DNA from: Candidatus Bathyarchaeia archaeon
GTDB taxonomy: Archaea > Thermoproteota > Bathyarchaeia > Bathyarchaeales > Bathycorpusculaceae
Length of the DNA stretch: 64,000 bases
Direction of reading: 5' to 3'
NCBI GenBank assembly: GCA_038882655.1
Contig: JAVZNT010000003.1
Span: 1-64,000 of the forward strand
Made by a program: the position numbers and the translations under genes. Shown here piece after piece: positions 17,399-27,112 of this stretch (positions are counted from its first letter, which is position 1; every line of letters begins with the position of its first letter). The notes under the pieces are model-generated. The model searched no databases and was not told the DNA's origin. It worked only from the letters and a program-made list of their open reading frames with translations.

Positions 17399-18940
17399 TT
17401 AAATTGACTCACTTAATTTCTTCCCAAACTTTTCAGTCCACTCACTGACTGATATGGCGAACTGTTTTTCCACATTGTTTCTATGGATGCTGTTGTATGT
17501 ACAGAAGGGTCTAACCTTGCCGTCGGGCGTTGCATAGTGTATGACGCATCTTTGCACGCGGTCTAGATCAAAGTTCCAGACATCCATAAAATGCATTATC
17601 CCGATCATGACTATCCTGCGCATAAACCTTCCAAGCGCCTCGTAGCTTCCCTTTGTTATAACGTCTTTAAGCAAGCCTCTAACAAGTGGTGACTTCACGA
17701 GTGGCAAAAGTTCCAACATTTTCATCTTCGCCGTTGTCCTCTTACCCTTAACGCCAGAATAGTAAATGTTCCAGAAGATTTCGGAGAAACGGTCAACATC
17801 CACGTACTGCGTAATAGGCTTGTATGAACCGTCCTTTTCAACAACAAGGAATGTTGCTGCTCCACACATGGGATGCATTGTGAATTCTGGATAAACCCTA
17901 TTCTTCACAACGCTCATGCCTTTAGAAATTGGAACAGGCCAGTTGACGGGTCGCCAGTCCCACCGCGTGACAATCCCATTTGTCTGTTCTTCTATTATTT
18001 TGATGGTGTCCGGCACTGTTATGCGCATTTTTCGCATTTCGTCTTTGCGGGCTCTTCCAGCCATAGAAATAGGCTGAATATTGATGCATCTAACAACATC
18101 GTGATTTTCAACAGCGTAGCGCACTATGTCGCCTAGATCTATGTCGTTTACGCCTCTTGCGAGGGTGACTACCAAAACTATGGAGTCTAAGCCTATTTTT
18201 CTGGCATTTTCCAAAACCTTATGCTTAACTTGGACGAGGTCTGTTCTGCCCCTGGTTTTCTTATAGATTTCTTCCCTTAAACCGTCAAACTGAAGATAAA
18301 GTGTGCTCATGCCAGCGTCTAAAAGTTTCTTGAAATAGTCTATTTCTTCTGCAATGCGTAAACCATTAGTATTCACTTCCACATGCTCTATTCCAGCCTT
18401 TTTCGCCTCTGCAATAAGCTGTGGCAAATCGTTTCTTATGGTTGGTTCGCCTCCACTGAACTGGAGCGCGTTGCACGCCCAAGGCTTATTGTTTCTAAGC
18501 AGTTTAATCATATCCACAATCTGCTCGTATGTTGGTTCATAGACATAGTTAACCGCCCCAGCATAGGCGAAGCAGACGGGACAAGCCATATTGCACCGAT
18601 TTGTGACGTCTATTATGCCTAAAACCGTGTAAGACTTATGTTGAGTGCATAAGCCGCAGTCGTAGGGGCACCCTTTGACAGTTTTTGTGTGGGGATTTTC
18701 CAAGCCATTTCCGATGTATTTGGCGTTGTACCATCCTCTGTAAATCCACTTGAAAAGCTCAGCGTCCCCCCAGTAAACATCTTCAAACTTTCCATGTTCT
18801 GGGCATGTTTTCTCGAGGTATATTACGCCGTGTTCCTCGTAGATTCTCATGGGAACCTTGTTTAGGCATTCTGGACATAGGCTTGTTGAGTAAGTTTCAA
18901 ACTTTGCCTCTTCTTCTTGTTTTTGCATGTTAATCGCCAT
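17399..18940 (-). CDS. tes: Tetraether lipid synthase Tes / GDGT-MAS (MJ0619-family radical SAM)
   Basis: N-terminal SLCPEC...KTCPEHG, CPYDCGLC..H, radical SAM CNMACPVC, C-terminal HPMCG, FMD.WNFD..RVQRCVIHYA.PDG...PFC.YN. Confidence 0.9.
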   Translation of the reverse strand: MAINMQKQEEEAKFETYSTSLCPECLNKVPMRIYEEHGVIYLEKTCPEHGKFEDVYWGDAELFKWIYRGWYNAKYIGNGLENPHTKTVKGCPYDCGLCTQHKSYTVLGIIDVTNRCNMACPVCFAYAGAVNYVYEPTYEQIVDMIKLLRNNKPWACNALQFSGGEPTIRNDLPQLIAEAKKAGIEHVEVNTNGLRIAEEIDYFKKLLDAGMSTLYLQFDGLREEIYKKTRGRTDLVQVKHKVLENARKIGLDSIVLVVTLARGVNDIDLGDIVRYAVENHDVVRCINIQPISMAGRARKDEMRKMRITVPDTIKIIEEQTNGIVTRWDWRPVNWPVPISKGMSVVKNRVYPEFTMHPMCGAATFLVVEKDGSYKPITQYVDVDRFSEIFWNIYYSGVKGKRTTAKMKMLELLPLVKSPLVRGLLKDVITKGSYEALGRFMRRIVMIGIMHFMDVWNFDLDRVQRCVIHYATPDGKVRPFCTYNSIHRNNVEKQFAISVSEWTEKFGKKLSESI

Positions 18941-19020
18941 GTTATGTTTTAAGGTCTTGGTTTGTTGGCTATATTAAAATTTCCATAATTTTAATATGGT
19001 GAAAAGTATTACTCTCTCAC

Positions 19021-19764
19021 ATGAGCGAAAAAACAAGAACACTACTCAGAAAGGCTGGACTAACAGACTGTGAGGCAGACGCATACCTACTCCTTCTGGA
19101 GAAAGGCGCGTTAACAGCCAAACAAATAAGCTACGGGGCACAGATACCCTACTCCAAAGTTTATCAAGTTCTAAACAGTTTAGAAAAGAAAGGCTGGATA
19201 GAATCGGCTAGGAAAAGACCGAGCAAGTATTTTCCAAAATCGCCTAAAACAGCCCTAAAAACTGCAAGGGCAGCCTTTGAAAATGAGTGGTTGCAGATTG
19301 AGAAAACTATCACCGATGAATTGCTTCCTATCTATGGAAAACTGAAGACCAAGGAGAAATATGACGTTTGGATTCTGAGGGGGGCATTAAACATAATTTC
19401 AAAGTTTAAGGAAATGACTAAAAAATGTAGGCAAGAGCTACTTATTGCTCTACCATTTGTTAAAGAAGAGTTTTTAATGGATTTTCATCAGCTGCTTTAT
19501 TCCTTTGTTAGCGAAAAGGTACAGGTGCGCTTTATGATGTTAAAGGGACTAAGCGAAAACGTGTATAAGATGCTTTCAAAAATCGGCGAGGTGCGATGTC
19601 GGACAAAAATGTTTGGCGGTGGAGCCATATCCGACGGCAGCGAAGTCTTACTACTCTTCAGTGACGAAAGAAGTGGAATAAGCGCCATATGGTCTGACCA
19701 TCCAGGGTTGGCGGCACTAGCAAAAGATTATTTTAACTATTTGTGGAAGGAGTCTGAAGAGTGA
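19021..19764 (+). CDS. TrmB-family transcriptional regulator
   Basis: GLT..EA.AYL.LL..G..TA..IS....IPYSKVY.VL.SLEKKGW, RPSKY; C-terminal effector domain. Confidence 0.92.
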   Translation: MSEKTRTLLRKAGLTDCEADAYLLLLEKGALTAKQISYGAQIPYSKVYQVLNSLEKKGWIESARKRPSKYFPKSPKTALKTARAAFENEWLQIEKTITDELLPIYGKLKTKEKYDVWILRGALNIISKFKEMTKKCRQELLIALPFVKEEFLMDFHQLLYSFVSEKVQVRFMMLKGLSENVYKMLSKIGEVRCRTKMFGGGAISDGSEVLLLFSDERSGISAIWSDHPGLAALAKDYFNYLWKESEE

Positions 19765-19804
19765 AACTTTAAACCAGTGTTTTAAATGTGAATAGCTTCA
19801 AGAG

Positions 19805-22093
19805 ATGGACACGGTGCGAGTAAAAGTTAGAGTTACCGGCATAATTCAAGGTGTTGGATTTCGTCCATTTACATATCGCATAGCCGTGAAAAACGGTTTG
19901 AAAGGCTATGTTAAAAATATGGGTGACGCAGGCGTTGAAATCCTCTTAGAAGGCGAAGAAAACGCCATCAACAGCTTCTTAAGGGATTTGAGGGAAAAGA
20001 ACCCGCCATTGGCGCATATACATGAAATTATCACAGTAAAACTTGAGGGTGAACACCAGTATTCCAGCTTTACGATCGAGAAAAGCTCCGAGGAGTCTGA
20101 GCTTTCGGGCTCTGTTATTCCGCCAGACGTAGCCATATGCGGCGAGTGCCTAAAAGAATTGAGGGAGAAGAGCAACCTTAGATATGAATACTTTTTTATA
20201 ACGTGCACCGACTGTGGTCCAAGATACACAATTATTGAAAGGCCCCCATACGACCGTGAAAACACCACTATGCGAGATTTTCCAATGTGCAGTTTCTGCC
20301 AAAGAGAATACAAAGATCCGTTGGATAGGCGTTTCCATGCGCAAACTGTGGCTTGTCCAAAATGTGGTCCAAAAGTTTACTTAACCACAAGCAAAGGCGA
20401 ACTGATTTCTGTTCATGATCCGATAAGGGAGGCTGGTAAACTGCTTGCTGAGGGCTTTATTGTTGCCATAAAGGGGTACGGCGGCTTTCACATGGCGGCG
20501 GCAACAACAAAGGATGAGCCTCTGGTAAGGCTTAGAGAGGCAAAGCATAGAAGGCAGAAGCCATTTGCTATTATGGCGCGAAGCCTCGAAACCGTGAAGT
20601 CTTTCGCCGAAGTTAGTCCAAGAGAAACTGAGCTTTTAACCTCTCATACACGACCCATAGTGCTCTTGAAAAAGAGCTGCAAATACTCCCTTTCAGATTT
20701 GGTTGCTCCGGGTTTGCATAATGTGGGCGTCATGCTTCCTTACACTGGATTGCACTATATGTTGTTTGACAGCGTAGACGAACCAGCCTTTGTCATGACA
20801 AGTGCCAATCCACCCAACCAGCCAATAGTTAAAGACGACGAGGAAGCCTTAAAAACGCTGGGCGACATTGTTGACTACTTCCTCTTCCATAATAGGCGCA
20901 TAGCCCACAGATGCGACGACTCAGTGGTGCGAGTGCATGGCGAAAAACTGGTTTTTATTAGGCGTTCAAGGGGTTACGCGCCAGCCCCTGTGATCTTGAG
21001 GGAGAAAGCCAAAAAATGTGTCTTGGCTTTGGGCGGGGAGCTTAACAACACCGCATGTGTTTTGCTCGGCAACAAATCCTTCATATCCCAACATATTGGC
21101 GATGTAGAAAACATAGAAACGCGGGTTTTCTTGGAAAGCGCCGCCAAACATCTAATCCGTCTAACAAACAGCAAGGTGGAAGTTGTTGTGTGCGACTTGC
21201 ATCCGAAGTTCACGACAACAAAGCTTGCACAAGACTTGGCTGAAGAAAATGGCTGGCAGCTTTTCCAAATCCAACATCACTACGCGCATGTTGCAGCCTT
21301 GATGGCTGAGCACGGTGTATCTGAAATTGTCGGCGTGTGCTGTGACGGCTACGGATACGGTGTTGACGGCGAGGCATGGGGCGGCGAAATAATACTGGGA
21401 TTAAAAGACTCTATGGAGTTTAAGCGCCTAGCTCACCTTGAAAAGCAGCCCATGATTGGCGCAGATTTAGCCACCTGCTATCCGCTGAGAATGGCTGCTG
21501 GAATATTGTACAAAAAGGTAGATGTGAAAGACTGGCTCATGTGGAATAGTAGGCATTTCCCTTATGGCGAAGGAGAGGTTCATTTGATTCTTCAACAACT
21601 GAAAATGGGACGCTGCACAGTTAAAACAACAAGTTGTGGAAGGATTTTAGATGCTGTTGCAGCTGTTTTAAGCATATGCTTTGAACGAACATATGAAGGC
21701 GAGCCAGCCATGAAACTTGAATCAACAGCAATGAAAGGAAACGACACGCTAAAATTGAAACCAATAATCAAAGAAGACACCCTAAACACCACGGAACTGC
21801 TGCTGGAAATATTTGAAAACAGAGAAAAATATGCTATACCTGATTTGGCTTTTTCCGCGCATGCCTACTTAGCCCGAGGCTTGGCTGAACTAGCCATAGA
21901 AAAAGCTTTAGAAAATGGCGTTAAAGTTATTGGATTTTCTGGCGGGGTTGCATGCAACGAGATATTAAACAGAATTATGCGGGAAACTATTGAGGCAGCT
22001 GGCCTAAAATTTCTTGTCCATGAGGCGGTTCCACCGGGCGATGGCGGTTTATCCTTCGGTCAAGCTTTCACCGCTGGGTTCTCGTCATCTTAA
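19805..22093 (+). CDS. hypF: Carbamoyltransferase HypF
   Basis: Acylphosphatase GIIQGVGFRPF, two Zn fingers (C..C...CTDCGPRY; C..C...RRFHAQ..ACP.CGP), QHHYAH, PPGDGGLSFGQ. Confidence 0.97.
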   Translation: MDTVRVKVRVTGIIQGVGFRPFTYRIAVKNGLKGYVKNMGDAGVEILLEGEENAINSFLRDLREKNPPLAHIHEIITVKLEGEHQYSSFTIEKSSEESELSGSVIPPDVAICGECLKELREKSNLRYEYFFITCTDCGPRYTIIERPPYDRENTTMRDFPMCSFCQREYKDPLDRRFHAQTVACPKCGPKVYLTTSKGELISVHDPIREAGKLLAEGFIVAIKGYGGFHMAAATTKDEPLVRLREAKHRRQKPFAIMARSLETVKSFAEVSPRETELLTSHTRPIVLLKKSCKYSLSDLVAPGLHNVGVMLPYTGLHYMLFDSVDEPAFVMTSANPPNQPIVKDDEEALKTLGDIVDYFLFHNRRIAHRCDDSVVRVHGEKLVFIRRSRGYAPAPVILREKAKKCVLALGGELNNTACVLLGNKSFISQHIGDVENIETRVFLESAAKHLIRLTNSKVEVVVCDLHPKFTTTKLAQDLAEENGWQLFQIQHHYAHVAALMAEHGVSEIVGVCCDGYGYGVDGEAWGGEIILGLKDSMEFKRLAHLEKQPMIGADLATCYPLRMAAGILYKKVDVKDWLMWNSRHFPYGEGEVHLILQQLKMGRCTVKTTSCGRILDAVAAVLSICFERTYEGEPAMKLESTAMKGNDTLKLKPIIKEDTLNTTELLLEIFENREKYAIPDLAFSAHAYLARGLAELAIEKALENGVKVIGFSGGVACNEILNRIMRETIEAAGLKFLVHEAVPPGDGGLSFGQAFTAGFSSS

Positions 22094-22139
22094 GCCATAA
22101 ACGATTTATCTTCGTTTGTTTTGCTATCCACAGATAACA

Positions 22140-22385
22140 ATGTGTTTAGCCATCCCCGCAAGGGTTGTAAGTGTTCAAGGTAATTTTGCTAAAGTGGATT
22201 TTGGAGGAGGTCTAATAAGAGAGGTTGACATAAGCCTCGTAGACGTGAAAGTTGATGATTACGTGCTTGTCCACGCTGGCTACGCCATCCAAGTTTTAAG
22301 CAGAGAAGAAGCCGAGGAAACGCTGCATTTGTGGAGTGAAATTTTAGAAGCTGAAGAAAAGCTTGAACGAAAGAATTTGCGATGA
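22140..22385 (+). CDS. hypC: Hydrogenase maturation chaperone HypC
   Basis: MCLAIPARV N-terminus (start at 22140); YVLVHAGYAI. Confidence 0.96.
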   Translation: MCLAIPARVVSVQGNFAKVDFGGGLIREVDISLVDVKVDDYVLVHAGYAIQVLSREEAEETLHLWSEILEAEEKLERKNLR

Positions 22386-22391
22386 GCTGAA

Positions 22392-23477
22392 ATGTTTGAG
22401 CATTTTAAAAAATTTAGAGATCCAAATTTAGCGAAACATGTCGTAGAGAAAATCTGTGAAATTGCCCCTAGACGTGATGTTGTAAAAATATGCCACGTCT
22501 GTGGCACTCACGAGTGGACAATAACCCATTTCGGTCTGAGAAGCCTCCTACCCCAAAATGTTGAAGTTATAGCCGGTCCGGGATGTCCAGTGTGCATAAC
22601 GCCAGCCTCTGAAATAGATGAGGCTGTGCAACTTGCCCTAAAAGGAGTTGCTGTCGCATGTTTTGGGGATGCCCTCCGTGTGCCCGGTTCTGAAAAATCG
22701 CTGTTAAATGCTAAAGCTGAGGGCGCCGATGTCAGAGTTGTCTACAGTGCATTAGACGCCGTAAGAATAGCTGAAAAAGAGCCGGGCAAAGAGTTCTCTT
22801 TCTTCGCCATAGGCTTTGAAACAACAGCGCCATCAACAGCCGTAGAAATCCTAAAAAAGCCACCAAAAAATCTAAGCTTTCTAGTTTCCCATCGTTTGAT
22901 CCCGCCAGCAATGGAACTTCTCCTCGGAATAGGCGACCTTCACATAGACGGTTTCATTGCCCCTGGACATGTAAGCACTATTATAGGCTTAAAAGCCTAT
23001 GAAATATTTCCAAAAGCTTACCGCATGCCCACAGTGGTGGCGGGCTTTGAACCATTAGATGTTCTGCTCGCCATTTACATGGTTCTTAAACAATTGAAAG
23101 AGGGAAGGCCGCGCTTAGAAAACGAGTATACTCGCGCGGTAACATATGAGGGAAACGTGAAAGCCCAGCAAATTATGAACGAAGTCTTTGAGGTTGTTGG
23201 AGGAAATTGGCGGGGTCTCGGAAGGCTTCCCAACTCAGCCTTAAAGCTGCAAGATAAATACATTGGTTATGATGCACGAGAAAATTTCAATGTTATGGTT
23301 AGGCATGGCGCGGACATATTGCCCGGCTGCCAGTGCCATTTGGTAATAATTGGCAAGATAAAACCGACAGAATGCCCATTATTTATGAAAGCTTGTACTC
23401 CTCAAAATCCAATTGGCGCTTGTATGGTAAGTATAGAAGGAACCTGCCGCATATGGGCGCACGTCTACAATCTTTAG
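22392..23477 (+). CDS. hypD: Hydrogenase maturation protein HypD
   Basis: HVCGTHE, GPGCPVC, GFETTAP, PGHVS, C-terminal C.C...ECPLF...CTP..PIGACMVS.EGTC. Confidence 0.97.
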   Translation: MFEHFKKFRDPNLAKHVVEKICEIAPRRDVVKICHVCGTHEWTITHFGLRSLLPQNVEVIAGPGCPVCITPASEIDEAVQLALKGVAVACFGDALRVPGSEKSLLNAKAEGADVRVVYSALDAVRIAEKEPGKEFSFFAIGFETTAPSTAVEILKKPPKNLSFLVSHRLIPPAMELLLGIGDLHIDGFIAPGHVSTIIGLKAYEIFPKAYRMPTVVAGFEPLDVLLAIYMVLKQLKEGRPRLENEYTRAVTYEGNVKAQQIMNEVFEVVGGNWRGLGRLPNSALKLQDKYIGYDARENFNVMVRHGADILPGCQCHLVIIGKIKPTECPLFMKACTPQNPIGACMVSIEGTCRIWAHVYNL

Positions 23478-23557
23478 GGACGACGTGACAAGAATTAAAT
23501 ATTATAAAGGCATAGTTAAGGTAAAGCTGAAGGAGGATAAAGGACGAGGTGAAGAAA

Positions 23558-23704
23558 ATGTCTGAAAAATCCTATGAAAAAGATATAGCCGAATTAAAGG
23601 AGAGGGTAATACGTCTAGAAATTCAGTTGGCAGAGCTTAACAAACGTGTTGAATCGCTCAGCAACTATTCCCGCCAGTTATTTGAATACCTCTCAAGAAA
23701 ATAA
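23558..23704 (+). CDS. Small coiled-coil protein (48 aa)
   Basis: Hand translation MSEKSYEKDIAELKERVIRLEIQLAELNKRVESLSNYSRQLFEYLSRK*; GAGGTGA Shine-Dalgarno upstream; heptad pattern. Confidence 0.7.
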   Translation: MSEKSYEKDIAELKERVIRLEIQLAELNKRVESLSNYSRQLFEYLSRK

Positions 23705-23732
23705 AGATGAAATAAGATAAAAAGGGGACCCC

Positions 23733-24185
23733 CTATACCGGCGGGGGTGGTGGTGGGGCCTCAACACGAGCTTCAGGCTTCCATATCAAACCAAGTATGC
23801 CTCCGATTAAAGCCAAGATGAAACCTATGTAGAACCCGCTTGCAGTGAATAGGCTTAGAATGGAAAATATTAAAACCATAATGGATCCTTTTCTAACCTT
23901 GTCTTTTTCTCCAGAATTAATCATTAAAGCACCGACTAGTACAAGTATGCCGAAGACCAGCCCTACTATGCAGATGATGAGAAACATTAAGAAAAAGGCG
24001 CCTATAGCACCACTAACACCCTCCATGCCAGGAACCATGCCAGCAAACTGGCCGATAAATCCGCCGACCATGCTTAGAAAAATGGCATAGACCAAGACGA
24101 GCACAGACTGTATGATTATCAATATGGCCCCAACTAGAGATAGCGCAAAAGCCACTGTAGGTTTTTCTCCCAAGATTTTCACCAA
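23733..24185 (-). CDS. Multi-pass membrane protein with C-terminal polyproline tail
   Basis: Four hydrophobic segments, GFYIGFILALIGGILG, ends EAPPPPPPV. Confidence 0.8.
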   Translation of the reverse strand: MVKILGEKPTVAFALSLVGAILIIIQSVLVLVYAIFLSMVGGFIGQFAGMVPGMEGVSGAIGAFFLMFLIICIVGLVFGILVLVGALMINSGEKDKVRKGSIMVLIFSILSLFTASGFYIGFILALIGGILGLIWKPEARVEAPPPPPPV

Positions 24186-24376
24186 ACTATAGGTTCAGGC
24201 TACTTGTATATTAAATTAACTACTTACATGCAAAACTGTACTTTCCCTTGTTTCAATTATAGGTCAACTATTAAAAGCCCATAGTTGCAGCATTGTTGAT
24301 TAACAAAAGTGTCGGCATGAACACATAAGTTTTATAAAGATTATAAAGCAGAATAAAACGCAAAGAGGAGAATAAT

Positions 24377-24619
24377 ATGGCTATCATGCAAGGAGAATGG
24401 CTATTGTTTGGTGGAGCTTGCCTAATACCGTTAATTTGGTTTATTGTTGCGATAATATTGTGCATATGGGTTTACAAGGATGCAGAATCGCGGGGAATGA
24501 ATGGCGCCTTATGGCTCATTATTGTGCTTCTTGCCGGTTTGCTGGGGCTTATAATATACTTAATTGTTAGGAAAGAGGAAAAACCGAGTCGACCTGCACC
24601 ACCGCCGCCACCACCATAA
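24377..24619 (+). CDS. Small 2-TM protein (PLDc_N-like) with C-terminal polyproline tail
   Basis: WVYKDAESRGMNGALWLIIV...GLIIYLIVR motif; ends RPAPPPPPP. Confidence 0.8.
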   Translation: MAIMQGEWLLFGGACLIPLIWFIVAIILCIWVYKDAESRGMNGALWLIIVLLAGLLGLIIYLIVRKEEKPSRPAPPPPPP

Positions 24620-24655
24620 AAACGGCTTCAACAATTTTACGGATGGCGTGTTCAA

Positions 24656-25324
24656 ATGTCATGGGTAGAGGAAATAATCAATTTCTTCAACTTTATTGGA
24701 GGTTTGGTCTGCCACCAGAAGCCAGAAAGAACTTTGGTGGTGGGCGGTTACCCTCTCCCGGTGTGTGCAAGAGATACGGGTGCGTATATTGGACTTGATA
24801 TGGGTTATATAACGCTACTATTTCTCAGAAATAAGGATGCAAGTGGTCCCCCTAACTTACTTTTAACACTGGTTATGTCAGCACCCTTATATGTGGACTC
24901 TTTTGGACAGTTTTTCAGATTTTGGACCAGTAACAACGATTTAAGACTTTTTACGGGAATCCTTTTTGGGATGTCCCTTGCACCATTTCTGGTCTACACA
25001 CTTTCGCTTTTCTTTTTTAAAGGCAAAATTCCATTGTTGAGAAGGATTCAGCCAAAAAATGCGGATTTAAATGCAAAGGATTCATGGTTTAATACTAAAG
25101 CTATAGGAGCAAACATGCTTATTTCAATTCTTTTATTCACTGGTATTAAATTAATTGCAAGCAGCGGATTCTACTTATTCTACTGGCTGCTAAGCATACC
25201 TATAATTTCAGGAGTGGTTTGGCATTTCTTTATTCTTTTGCCCCTCTTAGTGGCAATAACGCTAGTGCATTACTTTAGAAATAGGCTTAGTATAAAAATG
25301 CGAAATTATCATGGCCAGAAATAG
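24656..25324 (+). CDS. DUF2085 membrane protein
   Basis: VCHQKPERT...PVCARDTGAY.G and SNN.LRLFTG.LFG motifs. Confidence 0.85.
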   Translation: MSWVEEIINFFNFIGGLVCHQKPERTLVVGGYPLPVCARDTGAYIGLDMGYITLLFLRNKDASGPPNLLLTLVMSAPLYVDSFGQFFRFWTSNNDLRLFTGILFGMSLAPFLVYTLSLFFFKGKIPLLRRIQPKNADLNAKDSWFNTKAIGANMLISILLFTGIKLIASSGFYLFYWLLSIPIISGVVWHFFILLPLLVAITLVHYFRNRLSIKMRNYHGQK

Positions 25325-25325
25325 T

Positions 25326-26396
25326 TTAGCAGATTCTTGGAACAGGGTCACCGAGGGGTCTAGCTATTATCCTTTTGCCACCTACTACTGTTTGCATCGC
25401 CACTCCGTCAAATTCTTTTGTGGCTTCGCCTATAATCTCGGCGTCTCTGCCTTCTTCCGTGGTTTTCAAGAATTGTAAAACTTCTTCGGCTTTCTCTCTT
25501 AACACTCCCATGATTATTTTGCCTTCGTTTCCAACTTCAAGCGGGTCTAATCCTAGCATCTCGCATGCTGCCCTCACATTCTCTCTTATTGGGATTTTGT
25601 CTTCGTGGATTAGTATGCCCACTTTTGATTTTTCGCTGAACTCGTTTAGGGCGTCTGCCAATCCGCCGCGGGTTGGGTCTTTAATGGCGACTATGCCGCC
25701 AGCCTCGCCTAACAAACGCTGAATAAGGCGGTTTAAGGGTTTAACATCGGACTTTATTTCGCTTCCAAAGCTCAAACCTTCTTGGGCAGATAAAATCGCT
25801 AAGCCATGGTCGCCTATTGTGCCGGACAATATTATTTTGTCTCCGGGTTTTAGGTTTGAATCGAGAATCCAACGCGCTTCAAAATCGCCCCTAAAGCGTT
25901 TAACAACAGCCAAATTTTTTTCTAAGGCTTCTGTTCTTCTGCCAATTCCAGAAACGTTTACAACGCAGCCACCTAGGCTTCCCTTTTCCACGACCTTTGT
26001 GTCACCCGTAACAATGCTCACGTTTGCCTCTCGGCATGTCTGCTGCATGCTTACAAGAATCTTTTCAAAATCTGTTAGAGACAAGCCTTCTTCTAGGATA
26101 AAGCCGCACGCCAAAGCATGTGGTTCAGCTCCTAAAGCAGCAATATCATTGACAGTGCCGGAAACAGCCAAACGTCCAATGTCCCCACCTGGGAAAAAGA
26201 TTGGCTTAACAGCGTGGGAGTCGCTTTTCAAAACAATGTCGCCGATGGCTGCGGCGTCGTCTAAAGCCTCGAGGGGCACTTCAAAACTTGTGTTTTCAGC
26301 ACCGCCAAAGTATTTTAGAACATATTTTTTAACGAGGTCGTGCATAACTGTTCCGCCGGCGCCATGCAACATCGTGATGTACTCGCTGTTCTTCAT
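25326..26396 (-). CDS. hypE: Hydrogenase maturation protein HypE
   Basis: HGAGG, PIFFPGGDIGRLAVSGTVND, GDTKVV, DPTRGG, NEGK, C-terminal PRIC. Confidence 0.97.
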   Translation of the reverse strand: MKNSEYITMLHGAGGTVMHDLVKKYVLKYFGGAENTSFEVPLEALDDAAAIGDIVLKSDSHAVKPIFFPGGDIGRLAVSGTVNDIAALGAEPHALACGFILEEGLSLTDFEKILVSMQQTCREANVSIVTGDTKVVEKGSLGGCVVNVSGIGRRTEALEKNLAVVKRFRGDFEARWILDSNLKPGDKIILSGTIGDHGLAILSAQEGLSFGSEIKSDVKPLNRLIQRLLGEAGGIVAIKDPTRGGLADALNEFSEKSKVGILIHEDKIPIRENVRAACEMLGLDPLEVGNEGKIIMGVLREKAEEVLQFLKTTEEGRDAEIIGEATKEFDGVAMQTVVGGKRIIARPLGDPVPRIC

Positions 26397-26620
26397 CGAG
26401 GTTCACCATCTTTGTGTCAATAAGGTCTTAGGTTGGACATAAATGCATCGAGGGATTTGCGGAGCCTTGTTGGGCGCGGCGCTTACGGGCTCGATTCACT
26501 AAATTGCGGAAGAGAGTCGTGTTTTGTTGGTGTTAGGCGAACTTCAAAATGTAATGGTTTATGGAAAACCATATAAACCGCCATGTAGCTGTTCAATTGC
26601 ACAGTTGGAGAGTCTATCGA

Positions 26621-27112
26621 GTGCCAAAATGGGGATACTCCATACCAGAAGAGGCATTAGATCCCGAGAAAACGGTTAAGGCAAGTGGACGTGAGGTTAG
26701 GGTGTCCCATAAATCCGCCTGCGAAGTATGCAGTGCAATAAAGGACATGATGCTCACAGAAGCCAAAAAGTTTCTAAGAGATGTTATAACCAAAAAGAAG
26801 GCTGTCCCATTCACAAGATTTAAAAAGAAGGCTGCCCACCGCCACGGACTGGAAAAGGCTTATGCTGGCAGATATCCGGTGAAAGCGGCAAAGCAGATTC
26901 TGAAAATCCTTCAAGGCGCGGAAGCCAACGCTGAAAACAAGGGATTAGACACGGAAAGACTCAAAATAATTCACGCCTCAGCCTATCCTGGAATGAAGAT
27001 TAAGCGTTATATGCCGAGGGCTTCTGGAAGAGCCACGCCGAAATTTGAAACTCTAACCCATATTGAACTAGCCTTAGAAGAGCAGCCTGAGGCAGTCACG
27101 GAGGAAGCCTAA
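26621..27112 (+). CDS. rpl22: 50S ribosomal protein L22 (uL22)
   Basis: Probable GTG start at 26621; KKAVPF.RF, GRYPVKAA, NAENKGLD, PRA.GRATP. Confidence 0.96.
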   Translation: MPKWGYSIPEEALDPEKTVKASGREVRVSHKSACEVCSAIKDMMLTEAKKFLRDVITKKKAVPFTRFKKKAAHRHGLEKAYAGRYPVKAAKQILKILQGAEANAENKGLDTERLKIIHASAYPGMKIKRYMPRASGRATPKFETLTHIELALEEQPEAVTEEA

